Positions 7,716 to 14,608 of a stretch of DNA of 64,000 bases are shown in pieces. Below the pieces are notes generated by a model. That model was given only the letters and a program-made list of their open reading frames with translations. It was not told where the DNA came from and made no database searches. The translations under genes and the position numbers were made by a program. The stretch is from Escherichia coli O157:H7. GTDB taxonomy: Bacteria; Pseudomonadota; Gammaproteobacteria; Enterobacterales; Enterobacteriaceae. The stretch's first letter is position 1; every line of letters begins with the position of its first letter. Where the stretch lies: NCBI RefSeq assembly GCF_013167455.1, contig NZ_CP038328.1; one strand, written 5' to 3'.

Positions 7716-8378
7716 TCAAACAAAACCAGCCGCCTTCCGGCGCTCGTATTCCTGTTTCAGTAATTCAATTGGCGTTGGCCCTTGCGGGCACTTCGGCGAT
7801 GCGAGTTGTCTCCGGATCGGGGGAATACTCATCCCGTTACCAACTTGCTTTGCCCATTTCGTCAGTTGCCGTTCTGCAAGTCGTTTTAACTCACCTTCCG
7901 TCATCTGCCGCTCAATCCCTCTGTCACGCATCTCGAGGCAAATGTGGTACAGCACCGGCTGTGGCCACGGGTATTTATCACTCCCGTCGTACCGCCAGGA
8001 TTCATTCCTCCAGCGACGGTACTCCTCCATCACGGCATCCACCGTCAGGCCAAATGGATTTGCCCCGCTCTCCGAAATCAACGCCACAAACTCAGCCAGG
8101 TCCGGAGGCCACGTTTCACCCGCCCGGCAGCGGTCCATGCACTGACGGCAGACCTGCCGGATTTGCTGTTCAGTCATCGCGCCAATCTGAGCAATCCAGA
8201 GCTTCGACGGCGCAGCCCCGTTCTTCTGGGTCCAGCGGTTCGAATACACCTCCCCCATAAGTTCCCACAGCTTCCAGGCCGTTTCCGTTGCTGATAAATC
8301 CGTTTTCACGTTCCCACTGTTCACGTGCTGCCCGAATTTCCTGAACTGCCCGTGATGCGGTGCCACCTGGTGCTGCAT
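7716..8378 (-). CDS. Replication protein P-like (lambda P family helicase loader); start uncertain (8378, 8258 or 8177)
   Basis: Aligns by eye to recalled lambda P: ETWPPDLAEFVALI vs PFLPSPGQFVAWC; YPWPQPVLYHICLEMRDRG vs YPWKSNAHYWLVTNLYQNMR; TEGELKRLAERQL vs TDAELRRKAADEL. Confidence 0.6.
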   Translation of the reverse strand: MQHQVAPHHGQFRKFGQHVNSGNVKTDLSATETAWKLWELMGEVYSNRWTQKNGAAPSKLWIAQIGAMTEQQIRQVCRQCMDRCRAGETWPPDLAEFVALISESGANPFGLTVDAVMEEYRRWRNESWRYDGSDKYPWPQPVLYHICLEMRDRGIERQMTEGELKRLAERQLTKWAKQVGNGMSIPPIRRQLASPKCPQGPTPIELLKQEYERRKAAGFV

Positions 8379-9213
8379 GGCTTACCCCCTTGCTGACTGG
8401 TTTTACCTGTGCCCTGACGTGCTGCACGTGACGGGCAAATTTCTGCTCCCACTGAACCTGCGTGAAAACCTTCCCCTCCGCCATCCAGTAATCCCGGAAT
8501 GCGGCAAGCTCAGCAGGTGTAAACTCAGGCTCAGGCAGAGCCATACCCCACAATGCAGCCCGCTGTCGAAAATCCAGCGACGGCCGCCAGACACCAGTCA
8601 TCGGAAATTTCCCGATCGGTTCGCTCAGGCCATCCGGGTATTCAGGTTCTGCTGTCTGCAACGGCGCGCCATTCGACTCACTGGCTGGAGCACTCTCGCG
8701 CATGCGCGCGTTATGTGTGGGGTTTAATTCTTTATCTGTATCTGTATCTGTCGTGACTTGTCGTGACATATGCGTGACGCGTCGTGACTCATCGTGACAA
8801 TCAGTGTTCTGCTCCCGCAGTCTTTCCCGCTCCCGCTGCGCTCTCTTGCGCTCTGCCGGGGATTTTGCGGTTTGCGAAACATTACCGTTATCCTCCTTCA
8901 TCACCTGGCGTTTTTCCCATCCGGAAATAAGATCGCCATCCAGAACTCGCCCCTGCATTGCATGCAAAATTGAATCAATCACGTCTTCCGTCACATCAAG
9001 CGCACTTGCTAAATCTTCCGTCGTGACATCAATGTGACCACGTAGTGACTCGCCGTGACATTTCGTGACATTTCGTGACGCACTCACCAGAAGGTGGATA
9101 TACACCGCCATCACTGTTGCGATTGGCTGTCCTGAGACCCTGGCAATGGTTCGCCATTTGGGATCATTTGGCATGTCATGCCACAATCTGAGCCAGGCAT
9201 TAGCCATACTCAC
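8170..9213 (-). CDS. Replication initiator / replisome organizer (O-like; DnaT-like C-terminal region)
   Basis: 347 aa; N-terminal WLRLWHDMPNDPKWRTIARVSGQP...ISGWEKRQ resembles the phage replisome-organizer N-domain; contains two iteron clusters. Confidence 0.6.
   Translation of the reverse strand: MSMANAWLRLWHDMPNDPKWRTIARVSGQPIATVMAVYIHLLVSASRNVTKCHGESLRGHIDVTTEDLASALDVTEDVIDSILHAMQGRVLDGDLISGWEKRQVMKEDNGNVSQTAKSPAERKRAQRERERLREQNTDCHDESRRVTHMSRQVTTDTDTDKELNPTHNARMRESAPASESNGAPLQTAEPEYPDGLSEPIGKFPMTGVWRPSLDFRQRAALWGMALPEPEFTPAELAAFRDYWMAEGKVFTQVQWEQKFARHVQHVRAQVKPVSKGVSHAAPGGTASRAVQEIRAAREQWERENGFISNGNGLEAVGTYGGGVFEPLDPEERGCAVEALDCSDWRDD
8751..8797. repeat. Iteron cluster A: 5 copies of (T)CGTGAC, preceded by TCTGTA repeats (putative origin inside O-like gene)
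   Basis: TCGTGACttgTCGTGACatatgCGTGACgcgTCGTGACtcaTCGTGAC read directly. Confidence 0.6.
9019..9080. repeat. Iteron cluster B: 6 GTGAC-containing repeats
   Basis: TCGTGACatcaaTGTGACcacgtaGTGACtcgcCGTGACatttCGTGACatttCGTGAC read directly. Confidence 0.55.
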
Positions 9214-9275
9214 CTCATCTGATACCGAACTTTACCCTCGAACATCCGGAAGAAATCCGGCATGAATATTGTTGG

Positions 9276-9701
9276 TCAATGCACGACAACAGCATTACCA
9301 GGCTGACCCCCACTGTTAGTCAGGGTGCCCCAGGCGATCGCCGCTGCGACAAAATCATCCACATCTTTCACCAGCCGATCCCTCCGTTCGACGATCTCAC
9401 GGTAATATTCAGAGCTGTGACTGCGCATACGGGCCACCAGCAGAGGCGGCATTGCCTTTTCGATCGCCGGTAACAGAGCCTGCATTTTTTCAACAGCATC
9501 AGGGGTGTCTTTATCCAGCCAACGGAAAATTTTCTGGGTATTACGAGCCAGGGCTTCCGGATGGCTGTCGTCGTACAGTTCCGGGAACGTCATCCCCAGT
9601 TCGAAATAAGTCCGGGCTATTTCAGCTGCAGGAACTTTCTCACCATCAGGATATGCCCAGGCATTCATCGCCATGCGGATGTGCTCATGTTTGATTTTCA
9701 T
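9276..9701 (-). CDS. YdaT-like protein (CII-like regulator position)
   Basis: 141 aa beginning MKIKHEHI, as recalled for Rac YdaT; follows the Cro-like gene. Confidence 0.55.
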   Translation of the reverse strand: MKIKHEHIRMAMNAWAYPDGEKVPAAEIARTYFELGMTFPELYDDSHPEALARNTQKIFRWLDKDTPDAVEKMQALLPAIEKAMPPLLVARMRSHSSEYYREIVERRDRLVKDVDDFVAAAIAWGTLTNSGGQPGNAVVVH

Positions 9702-10008
9702 GAATCATTTGCCTCTTGATGCTTCGGGTATGATCGTTTTCGTCATTTGGTTGCTTCATCGACATATTCTGCGAATAACATGACGAGCGTCGTAAGTATG
9801 TCCAATCAACATCAGGACGAAGTTCTTCACACAGGACACCACCTTTTGTTGCTCGTTCAATCGCAGGACATCTCTCAGCAGGCAACTGACGTACACCTTT
9901 GATCCATTGATTTACGCTTGGAGGAGATACACCTAAAAGCCTAGCCATTGCTGATTGCCCACCGACAACAGCACAAGCTCGTTTGAATGAATAGTTATCT
10001 TTTTTCAT
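9685..10008 (-). CDS. Cro-like HTH regulator (YdaS-like)
   Basis: MKKDNYSFKRACAVVGGQSAMARLLGVSPPSVNQWIKGVRQLPAERCPAIERATKGGVLCEELRPD; divergent from the repressor gene. Confidence 0.7.
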   Translation of the reverse strand: MKKDNYSFKRACAVVGGQSAMARLLGVSPPSVNQWIKGVRQLPAERCPAIERATKGGVLCEELRPDVDWTYLRRSSCYSQNMSMKQPNDENDHTRSIKRQMIHENQT

Positions 10009-10038
10009 CGAATGAACTCCAAAAAACACACAATAATA

Positions 10039-10104
10039 TTAGGCTTAGCCTAATGCAATTGTCAATAGGCTATGCCTAACGCTTCGAGAGTAGGTATTGC
10101 CTAA
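10039..10104. promoter_or_regulatory. Right operator region: three TTAGGC-N3-GCCTAA-type dyads between divergent cro-like and repressor genes
   Basis: TTAGGCttaGCCTAA (10039-10053), ATAGGCtatGCCTAA (10065-10079), TAGGTattGCCTAA (10090-10104). Confidence 0.6.
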
Positions 10105-10132
10105 TGCGATGCGCATAGGAGACTATTAAGCA

Positions 10133-10609
10133 ATGCTTAGTGGTAAAGACTTAGGCCGAGCGATAGAGCAGGCCATTAACAAAAAAATTGCATCAGGAGC
10201 CGTCAAATCAAAGGCGGAAATCGCACGTCATTTCAAAGTCCAACCACCATCAATCCATGACTGGATTAAGAAAGGTTCGATAAGTAAAGACAAACTTCCA
10301 GAACTATGGCGTTTCTTTTCTGATGTGGTTGGTCCAGAGCATTGGGGGCTTAACGAATACCCCATACCAACCCCATCCACTTCAGATACAAAAAGTGAAC
10401 TTTTAGACATAAACAGCCTTTATCAAGCCGCCTCTGATGAAAAAAGAGCAATTGTGGCTTTCCTCTTATCTGGAAATGCTACGGAGCCTAGTTGGGTTGA
10501 TCATGACGTTCGTGCCTACATTGCCGCAATGGAAATGAAGGTAGCTAACTATCTGAAAAATCAAGAATCAAAACGGAAAAGCCAGAACATCACCAAGACA
10601 GGAACTTAA
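10133..10609 (+). CDS. Prophage repressor, RacR-like (N-terminal XRE-type HTH, no S24 peptidase domain)
   Basis: 158 aa; HTH segment SKAEIARHFKVQPPSIHDWIKKG; same length and divergent arrangement as Rac RacR with ydaS/ydaT. Confidence 0.65.
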   Translation: MLSGKDLGRAIEQAINKKIASGAVKSKAEIARHFKVQPPSIHDWIKKGSISKDKLPELWRFFSDVVGPEHWGLNEYPIPTPSTSDTKSELLDINSLYQAASDEKRAIVAFLLSGNATEPSWVDHDVRAYIAAMEMKVANYLKNQESKRKSQNITKTGT

Positions 10610-10682
10610 ACTTATATGGTCCGACGGGAAATTCCTAGTTCCCGTTAGTTAACTCCTACTACCTCTCCCACAAACCATCACC

Positions 10683-10745
10683 TATTAGGTCGCACCCAAA
10701 TCATTAGGCGTAGCCTATTGACAAGCAATTAGGCATTTCCTATAG
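10683..10745 (+). promoter_or_regulatory. Left operator / pL-like promoter (TTGACA, 17 nt, TATAGT) overlapped by operator half-sites
   Basis: TTGACA at 10716-10721 and TATAGT at 10739-10744 with 17-nt spacer; dyads TTAGGCgtaGCCTAT (10702-10716) and TTAGGCattTCCTAT (10727-10741). Confidence 0.6.
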
Positions 10746-10846
10746 TTTTCCCATACCAACCCATCCCGTCCCACACAATACAGGGCAATACCTAGAGTTA
10801 CCCGGCAGTGGTCAGGGATTAAGTAGCCAGCCCGAGGCGTAAGAAC

Positions 10847-11077
10847 ATGACGGCAGGGTTCAACTTTAACTATGCAGCAGGTTTTTGTTCCGCTACCCCG
10901 GCGTTAAGGGGATATGAGGTCAGCATGGATACTCTTGATCTTGGCAACAACGAATCTCTGGTGTGCGGCGTGTTTCCCAACCAGGACGGCACGTTCACCG
11001 CGATGACGTATACCAAAAGCAAAACGTTTAAAACCGAATCTGGCGCGCGTCGCTGGTTAGCAAGAAACTCTGACTAA
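10847..11077 (+). CDS. Small early-left operon protein (YdaF/YdaG-like?; start may be 10925)
   Basis: ORF-track frame; GAGG-type ribosome-binding sites precede both candidate starts; first gene downstream of the pL-like promoter. Confidence 0.45.
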   Translation: MTAGFNFNYAAGFCSATPALRGYEVSMDTLDLGNNESLVCGVFPNQDGTFTAMTYTKSKTFKTESGARRWLARNSD

Positions 11078-11191
11078 TGAAATCTGGTAATTAAGGAATC
11101 CTCCACGGGGGGAGAGTGGTGCACACGCGCCGGACACAAGCAAGCATCCGGCATGCTCTTTAACAATCTGGATATCCATAACAGTAAAAAT

Positions 11192-11683
11192 CTACAGATT
11201 GCCGTTCAGTTTTCTGGCCAACTCTTCAATAGATGGAGGTGATACGTAATCCGGATTTTTATTCATAAGAAACTGATTTTCACAGTACAGGCACCTGCTT
11301 TTATGAAAAAATTCATATTCTCTAACCGGGAATGGCTGAAGTATCGATACTATCTTTTGTCCAAAACATTTTGGACAAAGATGCATGATTATGCTGCCGC
11401 CGTTCACGGTTACCTCCTTCGAGTACACAAAAGTTCCCGACTCAAGTTGGCTAAGGATATAACCTTCCGTCTGAGCCTCAAAGTTTTCAAATTCTGCAAT
11501 TTTAGCTTTGAGAGAAGCATTTATTTCTTGATAAGTGCCCACCAGCTCAACGAGAGACACGCATTCGCGCTGAATAGATGCAAGCTTTGAGTTCAGTTCA
11601 CCAATAGCCGCATTTACTTCAGCTTGAGTTTTTGCCTCGTTCATTAGTTTTGCAATCTGGGCGGTTTCACGAATAGCCGTCAT
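11192..11683 (-). CDS. Unknown 163-aa protein: N-terminal coiled coil, C-terminal CxxC...CxxC zinc-ribbon-like motif; counter-oriented within early-left operon
   Basis: MTAIRETAQIAKLMNEAKTQAEVNAAIGELNSKLASIQRE...HLCPKCFGQKIV...HKSRCLYCENQF...; start at 11683 avoids overlap with the exonuclease gene; flanked by 13-bp inverted repeats. Confidence 0.5.
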   Translation of the reverse strand: MTAIRETAQIAKLMNEAKTQAEVNAAIGELNSKLASIQRECVSLVELVGTYQEINASLKAKIAEFENFEAQTEGYILSQLESGTFVYSKEVTVNGGSIIMHLCPKCFGQKIVSILQPFPVREYEFFHKSRCLYCENQFLMNKNPDYVSPPSIEELARKLNGNL

Positions 11684-11884
11684 TGCTGCCGTTAATTCAG
11701 CGATCACATTCAATACTCTTATTGTTGTTGGGGATATCCAGATTAACAAGATCCTTGTTGTTGGGGAATAACGGGGACCACCTCGCCTGACGTGGTAAAA
11801 AGCAGGCACACAACACGAAAGCACACGGCGAGGGACACCATTAAATGGTGGCTTAAGCAATCACGCGAAGCGCAATCTGCCATT

Positions 11885-12229
11885 ATGACCGATGAAATCC
11901 CGTTAGATGATGCACTGTTACAATTGCGGGAATTTATCGACGAAAACTCCGGTGAATTTTTTGTTCAGGTCTGGGGAAATGGAGCCAACTTCGACAACAC
12001 GATTTTGCGCCGTTCATACGAACGGCAGGGGATCCCCTGCCCGTGGCGTTACTACAACGATCGCGATGTACGCACAATCGTTGAGCTGGGGAAAGCCATA
12101 GACTTCGATGCCAGAACGGCTATTCCATTCGAAGGTGAGCGCCATAATGCACTTGATGACGCCCGTTACCAGGCAAAATACGTTTCAGTTATCTGGCAAA
12201 AACTGATCCCGAGTCAGGCTGATTTTTAA
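11885..12229 (+). CDS. DEDDh (DnaQ-like) 3'-5' exonuclease
   Basis: VWGNGANFDNTILRR...GERHNALDDARYQAKY resembles DEDD-family exonuclease motifs; start taken at MTDEIPLDD. Confidence 0.6.
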   Translation: MTDEIPLDDALLQLREFIDENSGEFFVQVWGNGANFDNTILRRSYERQGIPCPWRYYNDRDVRTIVELGKAIDFDARTAIPFEGERHNALDDARYQAKYVSVIWQKLIPSQADF

Positions 12230-12290
12230 TGTTCAACCGTCGCCAGTTGTCGTTGATATTCTGCAACTGGCGCGTTCCGGAGTGATAGCC

Positions 12291-12560
12291 ATGAGCGAAC
12301 AGTACCTGATAACGCTCGACGAGTGGAAACCAAAACGGTTCAGTCTCCCAATAACAAACACTACCCTGGTGAAATACGGAAAACTAGGATACATCGTTCC
12401 AAGACCACAAAAAATTCGTGGGCGTTGGCTGATAGATCGCCGAGCAGTATTTGTTGGGCCTGGTGAAACGGGAATTGCGCCGGAAATTCATACTGGCGAT
12501 GATGATGCACTGAAGGAGATTTTAACTCATGTCACCGAGGCCACGAAAAAACAGCACTGA
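12291..12560 (+). CDS. xis: Excisionase (lambda Xis-like)
   Basis: MSEQYLITLDEWKPKRFS...PRPQKIRGRWLIDRRAV parallels recalled lambda Xis (MYLTLQEWNARQRRPRS...); overlaps int start. Confidence 0.7.
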   Translation: MSEQYLITLDEWKPKRFSLPITNTTLVKYGKLGYIVPRPQKIRGRWLIDRRAVFVGPGETGIAPEIHTGDDDALKEILTHVTEATKKQH

Positions 12561-13647
12561 CGTAGCCGGTCTTTACGAAAAGTTTGATCGCAGAACTGGC
12601 AGAGTTTACTACCAGTATAAAAATCCTGTGACTGGAAAATTTCACGGACTCGGAACAGACAAAGGTAAGGCAGAAAAAATCGCTTCCACAGCCAATCAGC
12701 GAATAGCTGCAGCAGAAGCTGAATATTTCATGCGCAAAATTGATGAAAGTCCGTCAGCAACAAAACGTCGGGGTATCAGATTAAAGGCATGGGTTGATCG
12801 ATATCTGAAAATACAGGACACGCGACTGAAAAATGGAGATATTGCAGCTACAACTCACAAAGAAAAAACTCGAATGGCTGCATACCTGGTTTCCCGTCTG
12901 GGAAACCACCCATTGAAAGAACTGGAAGTAAGAGACTTTGCATTAATACTGGATGAGTGGCTGGATAAAGACATGGTCAGTACAGCGAGAGTAAATCGTG
13001 GATTATGGGTTGATATTTATAAAGAAGCACAGCATGCAGGGGAAGTTCCTCCTGGATGGAATCCTCCGGAGGCTACCCGTAAACCGATCCCTAAAGTAAC
13101 CAGAGCCAGGCTCACCATGGAAGACTGGCAAAAAATTTACAATGCAACGCCTGAAAAACACTTTATCCGTAACGCAATGCTTCTTGCGATTGTTACTGGT
13201 CAGCGCCGTGATGACATTTGCCACATGCGTTTTTCAGATGTGTGGAACGAACACTTGCATATCACCCAGGGAAAAACCGGAATGCGTCTGGCGTTACCGC
13301 TTACACTACGCTGTGATGCCATTGGGATAACGTTAAAAGAAGTTATTGATGGGTGCCGAGACAGAATATTAAGTCCATATCTAATCCATAGTCGGCACCA
13401 GAAACAACCGAAGCCGATGAGTAAAGACAACCTGAGCGACTACTTTGCCAAAGCACGGGATCTGGCTGGGGTAATTCCACCAGCAGGAAAAACTCCGCCA
13501 ACATTTCATGAACAACGCTCTCTATCAGAACGGCTGTACCGTGCACAGGGTATCGATACAAAAACATTACTAGGACATAAAGTCCAGGCAACCACCGATC
13601 GCTATAACGATACTCGAGGTCAGGAATGGGTTAAGTTGGTTATTTGA
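12529..13647 (+). CDS. int: Tyrosine integrase (lambda Int family)
   Basis: 372 aa; N-terminal GRVYYQYKNPVTGKFHGLG vs recalled lambda GYYCYRDPRTGKEFGLG; catalytic-region TGQRRDDICHMRFSD, LLGHK, DRYNDTRGQEW. Confidence 0.9.
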   Translation: MSPRPRKNSTDVAGLYEKFDRRTGRVYYQYKNPVTGKFHGLGTDKGKAEKIASTANQRIAAAEAEYFMRKIDESPSATKRRGIRLKAWVDRYLKIQDTRLKNGDIAATTHKEKTRMAAYLVSRLGNHPLKELEVRDFALILDEWLDKDMVSTARVNRGLWVDIYKEAQHAGEVPPGWNPPEATRKPIPKVTRARLTMEDWQKIYNATPEKHFIRNAMLLAIVTGQRRDDICHMRFSDVWNEHLHITQGKTGMRLALPLTLRCDAIGITLKEVIDGCRDRILSPYLIHSRHQKQPKPMSKDNLSDYFAKARDLAGVIPPAGKTPPTFHEQRSLSERLYRAQGIDTKTLLGHKVQATTDRYNDTRGQEWVKLVI

Positions 13648-13697
13648 CAAACACCATATGGAATATCCGTCACCATCTCAGGAAAAAAGTGTTGTAA

Positions 13698-13817
13698 AAT
13701 GCGTGGCCTAGTTTTGGGGAAACGTTTTGGAGAGATTTTGGAGAAAGGAAAAAATTGAATAAATTCAAAATCCTGAAAGTGTCCCGCCTTATGAATAAAA
13801 AGGTGGAACTCGAATGA
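13698..13817 (+). other. Prophage-host junction: arm-type direct repeats TTTTGGAGA x2 and probable att core reconstituting the potB 3' end (stop overlaps potC ATG)
   Basis: Open frame ends TGA overlapping ATG of potC at 13814; TTTTGGAGAgaTTTTGGAGAaa at 13725-13748; no full potB upstream. Confidence 0.4.
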
Positions 13818-14608
13818 TCGGTCGACTGCTTCGCGGCGGTTTTATGACCGCTATCTACGCGTACCTGTATATCCCAATCATTATTTTGATTGTGAACTCC
13901 TTTAACAGCTCGCGCTTTGGCATCAACTGGCAGGGTTTTACCACCAAATGGTATAGCCTGCTGATGAACAACGACAGCCTGTTACAGGCAGCGCAGCATT
14001 CACTAACAATGGCGGTGTTTTCGGCGACGTTTGCTACGCTTATCGGTTCACTGACGGCAGTTGCGCTGTACCGTTATCGCTTTCGTGGTAAGCCGTTCGT
14101 TAGCGGAATGCTGTTTGTGGTGATGATGTCACCAGATATCGTGATGGCGATTTCGCTGCTGGTGCTGTTTATGCTGCTGGGTATTCAGCTTGGCTTCTGG
14201 TCGCTGCTGTTCTCGCATATCACCTTCTGCCTGCCATTTGTGGTGGTGACGGTGTATTCGCGCCTGAAAGGTTTTGACGTGCGGATGCTGGAAGCGGCGA
14301 AAGATCTCGGTGCCAGCGAATTTACCATTCTGCGAAAAATCATTCTGCCACTGGCAATGCCAGCGGTGGCGGCAGGCTGGGTGTTAAGCTTTACCCTGTC
14401 GATGGACGATGTGGTGGTTTCTTCGTTCGTCACCGGGCCGAGTTATGAAATTCTGCCGTTAAAAATTTATTCGATGGTCAAAGTCGGCGTATCGCCGGAA
14501 GTTAACGCGCTGGCAACCATATTACTGGTGCTGTCGCTGGTGATGGTTATTGCCAGCCAGCTTATTGCTCGTGATAAAACGAAAGGTAACACAGGGGACG
14601 TTAAATGA
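13814..14608 (+). CDS. potC: Spermidine/putrescine ABC transporter permease PotC
   Basis: 264-aa polytopic membrane protein; recognised as PotC. Confidence 0.95.
   Translation: MIGRLLRGGFMTAIYAYLYIPIIILIVNSFNSSRFGINWQGFTTKWYSLLMNNDSLLQAAQHSLTMAVFSATFATLIGSLTAVALYRYRFRGKPFVSGMLFVVMMSPDIVMAISLLVLFMLLGIQLGFWSLLFSHITFCLPFVVVTVYSRLKGFDVRMLEAAKDLGASEFTILRKIILPLAMPAVAAGWVLSFTLSMDDVVVSSFVTGPSYEILPLKIYSMVKVGVSPEVNALATILLVLSLVMVIASQLIARDKTKGNTGDVK

Noticed and set aside
7546-8294. Plus-strand ORFs of 199, 208 and 116 aa
   Set aside because: Antisense to the P-like and O-like genes; Ser/Arg/Pro-rich; no independent support.
8734-9082. CGTGAC repeat arrays considered as a possible CRISPR array
   Set aside because: Repeat unit is only 6-7 bp with 1-5 bp spacers and lies inside a replication-initiator coding sequence; fits origin iterons, not CRISPR repeat-spacer architecture.
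1-13700. Identification of the prophage as e14
   Set aside because: e14 integrates in icd and carries lit and mcrA; here the integrase abuts potC and the immunity region is Rac-like, so it is a different lambdoid element.
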